Assembly: GCA_038816475.1 (NCBI GenBank)
Contig: JAWBAI010000006.1
Span: forward strand, 59,730-75,058
Length of the DNA: 15,329 nucleotides
DNA from: Desulfurococcaceae archaeon
GTDB lineage: Archaea > Thermoproteota > Thermoprotei_A > Sulfolobales > Desulfurococcaceae
Direction: 5' to 3'
The notes beneath the pieces are model-generated. The model made no database searches and was not told the DNA's origin. It saw only the letters and a program-made list of their open reading frames with translations. Numbering within the stretch: the first letter of the stretch is position 1; each line of letters begins with the position of its first letter. The translations under genes were made by a program, and so were the position numbers. Positions 7,797 through 14,722 of this stretch are shown piece after piece.

Positions 7797-8810
7797 TTGC
7801 TAACGCTTGTTGTAGGAGGATTCTTCGGGGACGAGGGCAAGGGTAAAGTAGCAGCTTACTTAGCTCTCGCTGGAGACTACAACTACGCTGTGAGAACAGG
7901 CGCAATAAACGCGGGTCACACGGTGGTGTTCAACGGAGTAGTCTACAAGCTGAGGACAGTATCAGCGGGCTTCGTGAACACTAGAACAAGACTACTGATA
8001 CCACCTGGTGCACTGATAAAACTGGACGTGTTCCACAGGGAGGTTGAAGCACTCAGAGTTAAGGATAGAGTTTGCGTAGACTACCAAACAGGGGTTATCG
8101 AGGACGCCCACGTTGAAGCCGAGAAGAGAGACCCTGTGCTTGCGAGGATCGGTTCTACGTTCCAGGGTGTTGGTGCAGCAACAGCGGATAGAGCTCTGAG
8201 AAGACTTAAGCTAGCAGGGGATTTCGAAGAGCTCAGAAGCTACCTCTGCGACGTTCCGGGAACGGTGAACAGTGCATTAGACAGAGGTGAAAAGGTCTTG
8301 ATAGAAGGTACTCAGGGAACTTTCCTATCTCTTTACCACGGTACATACCCCTATGTTACAAGCAGAGATACAACTGCATCAGCACTGCTGTCTGAAACCG
8401 GTGTTGGACCGAGGAGAGTGGACAAGGTTGTTGTAGTGTTCAAATCCTATGTTACGAGAGTTGGTGAAGGACCATTGGAGAACGAGCTATCACCGGAGGA
8501 AGCTTCGAGGAGAGGCTGGGTCGAAATCGCGACGGTAACTTCCAGGCGAAGAAGAGTAGCCCCATTCAACTTTGAGCTTGCCAAAAGAGCCGTGATGCTG
8601 AACTCGGCAACGCACATCGCGATCACGAAGCTCGACGCACTGTTCCCGGAGATACGAGGAGTGAGAGAGTGGAGTAAACTACCGGCTGAGGTCAAACGCT
8701 GGATCGAGGACGTGGAGTCAGTGCTCAAAACTCCTGTTTTGATAATTGGTACAGGTGAAGAGGTTCTAGATACCATTGATAGATCACGTGACCTCGGCGT
8801 TGAGCTATGA
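7797..8810 (+). CDS. purA: Adenylosuccinate synthetase (short archaeal form)
   Basis: GDEGKGK, NAGHTV, EGTQG, GTYPYVTS, YVTRVGEGP, TVTSRRRR, ITKLD. Confidence 0.98.
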   Translation: MLTLVVGGFFGDEGKGKVAAYLALAGDYNYAVRTGAINAGHTVVFNGVVYKLRTVSAGFVNTRTRLLIPPGALIKLDVFHREVEALRVKDRVCVDYQTGVIEDAHVEAEKRDPVLARIGSTFQGVGAATADRALRRLKLAGDFEELRSYLCDVPGTVNSALDRGEKVLIEGTQGTFLSLYHGTYPYVTSRDTTASALLSETGVGPRRVDKVVVVFKSYVTRVGEGPLENELSPEEASRRGWVEIATVTSRRRRVAPFNFELAKRAVMLNSATHIAITKLDALFPEIRGVREWSKLPAEVKRWIEDVESVLKTPVLIIGTGEEVLDTIDRSRDLGVEL

Positions 8811-10219
8811 AGGAGTTCGACGTAGCTATCGTAGGTGCAGGTGCAGCCGGTCTCTTCGCAGCTGTTGAGCTCGTTAAGCAGGGTGTTCAGGGGAGGAGGA
8901 TAGCGATATTCGAGAAGGGAGCACACATTGAAGCAAGAAGATGCCCTATGGCTAACAGGTACACCAATAGAGCATACGGTCAAGAGTGCAGAAACTGCAG
9001 TCCATGCCACGTAGTCTACGGCGTGGGAGGAGCTGGAACATTCAGCAGCGGTATAGTGAACCTCAGACCAGATGTCGGTGGAGAACTAGACAAGCTTCTG
9101 GGAAGCTGGGAGGATGCCGAGGACGTTATCTCGTACCTTGATAAGCTCCTTGTTGAGTTCGGTGCACCCGAGAACACGCTTATTGTACCAGACCCTAAGA
9201 AAACCAAGAGCATTGAAAAACTCGCCGCGAAGGCTGGAGCCAAGTACATACCTGTACCACAGAGGGTCCTCGGAACCGAAAACGTGATCAAGGTGGTTGA
9301 GAACATCACCAAGTTCCTCGAGAACGCTGGTGTATCCATCTTCACTCTTACACCGGTTGAACGCGTTGAGAAGAGTCAGGAAGGACTCTTCAAGCTTACA
9401 ACAACACGGGGAGACTACTACGCTAGGAGAGTACTACTGGCTCCCGGAAGAGGTGGAGCCCACTGGTTCAGGCAAGTAGCGGAGACACTGGGCATAGAGG
9501 TTGAACCAACACCACTAGACATCGGTGTCAGAGTTGAAGTACCCTACTACGTAGCAGAGCACGTTACCAGTGTTAACTTCGACCCCAAGATAATCCTTTA
9601 CACCAAGTCCTACGACGACATGGTGAGAACTTTCTGCACTAACCCCCAGGGCTACGTTCTCAAGGAGCAGTACGAGGATGGAACAGTGGGTGTCAACGGT
9701 GCAACCTTCAACACAGCTAAGAGCAAGAACACGAACTTCGCACTTCTGGTAACCCTCAAACTCACTGTTCCATACCAGGATGTGCTCGAGCTGGGGAAGT
9801 CTATTGCAAGGATAGCAACAAAGGTTGGCATGGGTAAACCACTAATTCAGAGGCTTGGAGACCTGGAGAAAGGTAGAAGAAGCACTTGGGAGAGGATCTC
9901 GAGAAGCATCATAACTCCAACACTGAGAGATGTTACACCCGGTGACATAAGCCTCGTACTCCCCCACAGAGTTGTAGCGAACATTGTAGAAGCCATAGAG
10001 AGGCTGGACACCGTGTACCCTGGTCTCGCGTCTCCTCAAACACTGATCTACGCGCCGGAGATCAAGTACTACAGCGTGAGAGCAAAAGTCAACATAGACT
10101 TCGAAACAAGTGTTCCAGGAGTCTACGCAGCTGGTGATGGAGCCGGATTATCGAGGGGGATCAACGGAGCAGCCGCCACTGGAATACTGGCTGCTCGTGG
10201 CATCGCGAAATCGCTCTAG
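8807..10219 (+). CDS. Uncharacterised FAD/NAD(P)-dependent oxidoreductase (COG2509-like) with an N-terminal four-cysteine cluster (probable Fe-S)
   Basis: Rossmann GAGAAG...FEKG, C-x14-C-x2-C-x2-C, GVGGAGTFS, RTFCTNP, GVNG, NTNFALL, EIKYYS, C-terminal GDGAG FAD motif; ATGA overlap with the purA stop. Confidence 0.9.
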   Translation: MKEFDVAIVGAGAAGLFAAVELVKQGVQGRRIAIFEKGAHIEARRCPMANRYTNRAYGQECRNCSPCHVVYGVGGAGTFSSGIVNLRPDVGGELDKLLGSWEDAEDVISYLDKLLVEFGAPENTLIVPDPKKTKSIEKLAAKAGAKYIPVPQRVLGTENVIKVVENITKFLENAGVSIFTLTPVERVEKSQEGLFKLTTTRGDYYARRVLLAPGRGGAHWFRQVAETLGIEVEPTPLDIGVRVEVPYYVAEHVTSVNFDPKIILYTKSYDDMVRTFCTNPQGYVLKEQYEDGTVGVNGATFNTAKSKNTNFALLVTLKLTVPYQDVLELGKSIARIATKVGMGKPLIQRLGDLEKGRRSTWERISRSIITPTLRDVTPGDISLVLPHRVVANIVEAIERLDTVYPGLASPQTLIYAPEIKYYSVRAKVNIDFETSVPGVYAAGDGAGLSRGINGAAATGILAARGIAKSL

Positions 10220-10229
10220 GTGACCTCTC

Positions 10230-11588
10230 ATGAGCACTAGCACCTGCGTGTTCGAGTGGAGGTACGGCTCTAGGGAGATGAGAGAGCTCTTCTCCGTTAG
10301 TAGCATTGTGAAGAAGTACATTGAGGTTGAAAAAGCCCTCGTTAAAGCTCTCGTCAGGGTGGGCATTGCGCCATCGTACTGCATTGAAGAGGTGGAGAAG
10401 TGCAGTAGTAGCGTCGATCCGATGGAGGTGTACAGAAGAGAAGCAGTTACCGGGCACGATATAGCATCACTTGTATTCATTCTCAGCGAGAAGTGCGGTG
10501 AGTGCAGCAGGTTTATTCACTACGGAGCAACAAGCTACGATGTTGTTGACACAGCGTGGTCACTGATACTCAGGGAGGCTCTGGGCTTGATCGAGAGCAA
10601 GCTTAAAAGGGTGATACTCAGGCTATCAGAGCTCGCGGTTGAGTACGCGGACGCTGTGGTTGTTGGTAGAACGCATGGTCAGCACGCACTACCGATCACC
10701 TTCGGCTTCAAGTTCGCAAACTACGCTTACGAGTTAGCCAGAAGCTACGAGAGGCTTCGCGAGCTCTCCAGGAGGCTCATAAGGTTGAAGATGAGCGGAT
10801 CCGTTGGTACAATGGCTTCGTGGGGTCGAATAGCCCTTGAGATCGAGAGAGCTGTATCAGAGGAGCTCGGGCTCGAACCACACGCTGTTACAACACAGGT
10901 TGCACCCAGGGATGGGTTCGCAGAGCTCGTGTCAGATCTCGCAATACTAGCATCACAGCTTGACAGGTTAGCACTCGAGGTTAGAGAACTTTCGAGAACA
11001 GAGATAAGCGAGGTCTACGAGGCTGCTGAGCGAGTTGGTAGCAGTGCTATGCCACACAAGAGAAACCCCGTGGTAGCCGAGAGAATATCGGGTCTTGCAA
11101 AGGTTGTAAGAAGCCTTGTTACGATAGCCCTGGAGAACATTCCACTAATGCACGAGAGAGATCTAACGAACAGCTCATCCGAGAGGATCCTGTTACCTCA
11201 CGCTGTTCTAGCAGTTGACCAGATGCTGGAGGACACGATCAAGCTCCTGGAGACCATGGTCGTAGACTGCGATGCAGCAAGAAGAAACCTTGAGTTAACC
11301 CGAGGAGCCGTGTACAGCGAGCTGCTCGTCACAAGGCTGGTGGACAAGGGCCTCCCGAGGCACAAAGCCTACTACCTGGTCATGGAAACCGTTAAGTCCA
11401 TGAAACCCGGTGAAACACTCGTTGAAGCTGTACTCGGGAACACCGAGTTATCCAGGTACTTTACCCGCGAGGAGCTGCAGATCCTGGTTAAACCTGAATC
11501 CGCATTGGTCAACGTGAAAAAGCTGATCGAGAGAGCACTGGATTACGTTTCCAGCGTTTTGCTCAGCGATGGAGTCCGAGAGCATTGA
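10230..11588 (+). CDS. purB: Adenylosuccinate lyase
   Basis: HYGATS, GRTHGQHA, GSVGT, GSSAMPHKRNP signature, HERDLTNSSSER; SD GGTGA overlapping the upstream stop. Confidence 0.97.
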   Translation: MSTSTCVFEWRYGSREMRELFSVSSIVKKYIEVEKALVKALVRVGIAPSYCIEEVEKCSSSVDPMEVYRREAVTGHDIASLVFILSEKCGECSRFIHYGATSYDVVDTAWSLILREALGLIESKLKRVILRLSELAVEYADAVVVGRTHGQHALPITFGFKFANYAYELARSYERLRELSRRLIRLKMSGSVGTMASWGRIALEIERAVSEELGLEPHAVTTQVAPRDGFAELVSDLAILASQLDRLALEVRELSRTEISEVYEAAERVGSSAMPHKRNPVVAERISGLAKVVRSLVTIALENIPLMHERDLTNSSSERILLPHAVLAVDQMLEDTIKLLETMVVDCDAARRNLELTRGAVYSELLVTRLVDKGLPRHKAYYLVMETVKSMKPGETLVEAVLGNTELSRYFTREELQILVKPESALVNVKKLIERALDYVSSVLLSDGVREH

Positions 11589-11595
11589 TCCGGGT

Positions 11596-12468
11596 TCAAC
11601 CCAGGGCAACGTCCAAGCACAGCATCAATATGAACCCCAGGAAGAAACCCATCGTAGCCAGTTTTTCCCTCCCGGCTCTATGGCTCTCGGGTAGAGCCTC
11701 GTGACTAACAACGTAGATCATTGCTCCCGAAGCAAAGGATAAACCCAGGTATAGAACCTCCGACGCCTCTGTGAAAACGGTCGCAGTTGGAACAGCTACT
11801 AGTAGTTCGCTAAGTCCGCTCAGAAAAGCTACCAGCAGTGCCATCTTCTTGCTTCCCGTTATAGCCAGCACAGGTAGTGCAACAGCCAATCCTTCAGGTA
11901 CATCCTGTAGACTGATCGCTAACCCCACCTTGAACCCGTCGAGAACCTGGTACGCTGAAGCTACACCAATGGAGAAGCCCTCGGGTATGTTGTGAAGAAT
12001 GATGGCGAAAGCAACAAGCCATGAAGCCTTAGCTTTGCTTCTCAACCAGGCAGGGCCCTCGAAACCCTTGAGGAAGTGCTCATGGGGAACAAGCTCGTTC
12101 ACCACTGCTACGAGTAGTGCTCCAAGAAGTAGACCAGTAAGTGCTACCAGTAACCCACCACCTTCAACCGAGGGTAAAAGCAAACCAGTAAAGCTCGTTA
12201 CAAGCATAACTCCACTACTAAAGCCTAATCCAGCATTAATGAGTTTTTCAAGACTACGTGGTTCATCCCTTTTGTACTTAACCACGAGAGCGGGTAAAGC
12301 ACCGAGAGTTGTTGAAGCAGCAGCTATACTGCTCATTAAAGCAGCCAGTAGTACTCTGTTACCCCCCGTTAGCTCAACGAGAGCATCAACAATGGATTCG
12401 ACCGCAGGAATAAACCACCACCTTTCAGTTGACCACAGAAGTACACTAGAAACCCACGGAGAGATCAC
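11596..12468 (-). CDS. ZIP (GufA/ZupT-type) divalent metal transporter
   Basis: Multiple transmembrane helices; GVML, PHEH, TM4 HNIPEG, TM5 QDVPEG, HEALPESH. Start codon uncertain. Confidence 0.93.
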   Translation of the reverse strand: MISPWVSSVLLWSTERWWFIPAVESIVDALVELTGGNRVLLAALMSSIAAASTTLGALPALVVKYKRDEPRSLEKLINAGLGFSSGVMLVTSFTGLLLPSVEGGGLLVALTGLLLGALLVAVVNELVPHEHFLKGFEGPAWLRSKAKASWLVAFAIILHNIPEGFSIGVASAYQVLDGFKVGLAISLQDVPEGLAVALPVLAITGSKKMALLVAFLSGLSELLVAVPTATVFTEASEVLYLGLSFASGAMIYVVSHEALPESHRAGREKLATMGFFLGFILMLCLDVALG

Positions 12469-12501
12469 AGGGACACGGGTGGTTCAAAAAGGAGTTGGAG
12501 A

Positions 12502-13425
12502 CTAGAGTCCAAGTATGGTTTTTATGAGAGCCATTCTAATGTACAAACCGTTCTTAGCCTGCTCGAAGTACATTGCCTGAGGTAGTACATCTACATCTGG
12601 TGTTAACTCCCACACCCGTGGTAACGGATGCAGGATCACGGGGATTCTTTTGAGCTTCCTCAGGTACTCGTACGTTATCATGTAACTACCCTTGAGCCTT
12701 TCGTAGTCCTCGGGCTTCATTCTCTCCTTCTGAAGCCTGGTCACGTAGAGAACATCGAGCTTCTCAACAACATCGTCGAGCTTCTCGTAGAGCTCGTAGT
12801 GAACTCTTCTCTGGTCTAGAACCTTGAGTACTTCATCCCTTGGCTGAAGCTCTCGTGGTGAAACGAAGTACAGTTCTATGTCTCTATAGTTGGAGAGAAC
12901 GTACGAGAGGCTGGATATAGTTCTCCCGTACTTTAGATCACCCATCATGCCAACGCGAAGACCATCTATTCTACCGAAGACTCTCCACATGGTGTAAACA
13001 TCGAGTAGTGCTTGCGTAGGATGCTCGTTGTAGCCATCACCTGCGTTGATAACGGGTGCTCTGCAGATCTGAGCAGCCTTTGCTGCGAATCCAGGCTCTC
13101 TGTGTCTTACAACGATGAGGTCTGGTCCATAGCTGTCCACTGTTCTCAGAGTGTCCTCGGGGCTTTCCCCCTTAGCCATGCTTGTAACTTCCTCTGGTCC
13201 AAGGTCCACAACACTACCACCAAGCTTCACCATTGCGAACTGGAAGCTGAGCCTAGTCCTAGTGCTCGGCTCGAAGAAAGCTGTGAACATCACTCTGCCC
13301 TGAGCTGTGTTCATTCTACCTCCATGCTCGTAGACTCTCCTGATCTCCTCGGCTACCTCTATCAAGGTTTCTACATCGCTTCGCGTGAACTGAAGAGCAG
13401 AAACTACGTCCATACCCTTGTGCAT
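12502..13425 (-). CDS. pyrB: Aspartate carbamoyltransferase catalytic subunit
   Basis: FFEPSTRTRLSF, KGES, HPTQALLD, GDLKYGRT, TRLQKER (aspartate-binding), HPLPR; SD GGTG; TATATTTA about 30 nt upstream. Confidence 0.97.
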   Translation of the reverse strand: MHKGMDVVSALQFTRSDVETLIEVAEEIRRVYEHGGRMNTAQGRVMFTAFFEPSTRTRLSFQFAMVKLGGSVVDLGPEEVTSMAKGESPEDTLRTVDSYGPDLIVVRHREPGFAAKAAQICRAPVINAGDGYNEHPTQALLDVYTMWRVFGRIDGLRVGMMGDLKYGRTISSLSYVLSNYRDIELYFVSPRELQPRDEVLKVLDQRRVHYELYEKLDDVVEKLDVLYVTRLQKERMKPEDYERLKGSYMITYEYLRKLKRIPVILHPLPRVWELTPDVDVLPQAMYFEQAKNGLYIRMALIKTILGL

Positions 13426-13450
13426 TCGATAACACCGCGAACAAGCCTAG

Positions 13451-13461
13451 GATAAATATAG
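13451..13461 (-). promoter_or_regulatory. TATA box of pyrB
   Basis: Minus strand TATATTTATC, 26-35 nt upstream of the pyrB ATG. Confidence 0.5.
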
Positions 13462-13479
13462 CACAGTGATGTAATATAG

Positions 13480-13553
13480 CTTCAGATGTACGAGGTCCCC
13501 TAGGGGTGGAGTATCCGCATCTACTCGGCATTGGAGTCTTCGGTCATCCCACA
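13480..13553 (-). ncRNA. Candidate box C/D-like (K-turn/K-loop) small RNA
   Basis: Minus strand GGGATGA (C-like, 13550-13544)...CCGA (D'-like)...GAGTA-GA-TGCG-GA-TACTC (K-loop-like hairpin)...CTGA (D, 13485-13482); BRE/TATA GTAGAAA-TAATAAG at 13588-13575 is spaced to start transcription at about 13552. Confidence 0.5.
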
Positions 13554-13629
13554 GGTATCTATTGAAAAACTCAGCTTATTATTTCTACCATAAGCGCTGA
13601 CTAGGTGGAGTTGTAGTAGTGTAAAGGGA

Positions 13630-13650
13630 TACCAGTGTAAAACACTGATA
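13630..13650 (-). terminator. Hairpin/palindrome downstream of the ssb-pqqD-like pair
   Basis: Minus strand TATCAGTGT-TTT-ACACTGGTA (9-bp stem with one G-U) followed by TCCCTTT; 16 nt after the stop codon. Confidence 0.4.
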
Positions 13651-13666
13651 CGGGGGTTGACTGTGC

Positions 13667-14011
13667 TCAGCTGTGTTCGCGCGTAGGCTGATAGGATACC
13701 AGGTTTGCCTTCTTCATCTCCTCGAGTACTATTAGCACTGGTTCTACAACCTGGTAGAGTGGTACAAGGGCGTTCTCGGAGATGTCCCTTGTGATGTCTT
13801 CAACGCTGTGCTCTCCATCGCAGAGAGCCCATATGTAGTATGCTAGTGGTGATAGCTCGTAGACCTCCTCTTCGCTGAGCTGAACGTAGAACTTGTCTTT
13901 TTCAACACCAATGAACTCTCCGCTGCGAACGGGCTTCAGGTTCTTCATCTCCATGTACTTATCGTACACATCCTTGACAAGGTGCTTCTTGAGCTCCTCC
14001 TCACTACTCAT
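13667..14011 (-). CDS. Stand-alone PqqD-family (RRE/winged-helix) protein, 114 aa
   Basis: VYELSPLAYYIWALCDGEHSVEDITRDIS...VLEEMKKANLV matches the PqqD pattern (Y-x-L-N...IW-x2-(C/I)DG-x2-(S/T)V-x-(D/E)I). True start is ATG 14011 with SD GAGGTGA, overlapping the ssb stop (ATGAGTAG). Confidence 0.8.
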   Translation of the reverse strand: MSSEEELKKHLVKDVYDKYMEMKNLKPVRSGEFIGVEKDKFYVQLSEEEVYELSPLAYYIWALCDGEHSVEDITRDISENALVPLYQVVEPVLIVLEEMKKANLVSYQPTREHS

Positions 14012-14465
14012 CTTCCTCACCTCTGCTTCTCCTAGGTCTCCCGGTGTAGAAGGGTTTACGCCTAGGTCTAGTTCCAACTTCTCTGGTTCCAGGTTTAGAC
14101 TCGGGTACTTCGCTTGGTACTGAGTCCTGTGGTAGCTGCTTGATCTCTGTGTTCTTGCCAATGTTCAGCTGTATTCTGCCTTTGAACTCTGTAACCCATG
14201 CGTGGGAGATCTCCACGACATCCCCCTGCTTTAGAGAGGTTGCCTTGAATCCCCAGAGTACAGCATCAACGCGGCCTGTTGAATCTCCAACAACAGCATT
14301 TGCTATTGTTCTCGAGCCTTTCTTGGTCTCTATTCTCCTTGGCTTACTCACTTCGAGTACTCTTACTCGAACTGTTACATCCTCCATTCCGGGTTTCAAT
14401 CGCTCTACGCTTACAAGAGAGGGAGGAGATCCCTCCTTTTCTTCTCTACTCGACTCCGAACTCAT
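14004..14465 (-). CDS. ssb: Crenarchaeal single-stranded DNA-binding protein (one OB fold plus an Arg/Gly-rich, acidic tail)
   Basis: VTVRVRVLE, VGDSTGRV, aromatic stacking residues LWG and AWVTEFKG, QLNIG; tail RPRRSRGEEDE. Confidence 0.93.
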   Translation of the reverse strand: MSSESSREEKEGSPPSLVSVERLKPGMEDVTVRVRVLEVSKPRRIETKKGSRTIANAVVGDSTGRVDAVLWGFKATSLKQGDVVEISHAWVTEFKGRIQLNIGKNTEIKQLPQDSVPSEVPESKPGTREVGTRPRRKPFYTGRPRRSRGEEDE

Positions 14466-14524
14466 TTACGACTCAACTCACATCGATACGACAATTCGTA
14501 GAGCGTTAGGGGTTAATAAATACA

Positions 14525-14647
14525 GTGATCCCGCTGAAACCCCTTGGTCTGAGATGAGCGCAGGTGCAGGGGTCTCAGCTTGCACCGTTGCTTGTTCACC
14601 GAGTTCTACACCCACGAGTTCAACGTGCATCATCATGCCTGGATCTG
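14525..14647 (-). ncRNA. Candidate structured RNA (two hairpins closed by a terminal stem) carrying C and D boxes
   Basis: Stems 14533-14544/14568-14579 (12 bp; the A-C mismatch on plus is G-U on minus), 14581-14590/14621-14629, and GATCC/GGATC 14527-14531/14641-14645; minus-strand ATGATGA (14636-14630) and CTGA (14578-14575). Confidence 0.45.
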
Positions 14648-14722
14648 TGAGCCGTGTGGGGTCTACGCGTTGGATTTCCTTTATTATCCTCACACCATTT
14701 TTAATTGATACTGGTGGTGTAG

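Noticed and set aside
4915-13531. Other overlapping ORFs (4915..5205, 5732..5914, 6447..6656, 8447..9010, 9016..9345, 9297..9479, 9842..10039, 10148..10480, 10161..10457, 11771..11995, 11999..12505, 12628..12819, 13012..13455, 13316..13531)
   Set aside because: They lie on or opposite well-supported genes and are mostly Ser/Thr-rich shadow frames with no recognisable domains.
3280-14161. Extended N-termini in the ORF track (mcm from 3318, thiI from 7711, pqqD-like from 14161)
   Set aside because: The extensions overlap upstream genes or promoters; internal starts with SD motifs (3279, 7645, 14011) fit better.
14525-14650. Possible 5S rRNA, SRP RNA or RNase P RNA (similar size and Y shape; GAACTCGGTGAAC and AGGAAATCC fragments)
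   Set aside because: It lacks the conserved 5S loop C sequence, the SRP helix-8 motif and a complete RNase P P4 pairing; the resemblance is superficial.
14506-14722. DtxR/IdeR iron box upstream of ferritin (TTAGGGGTTAATAAA)
   Set aside because: Only one TTAGG half-site, not palindromic, and it coincides with the probable ssb TATA region.
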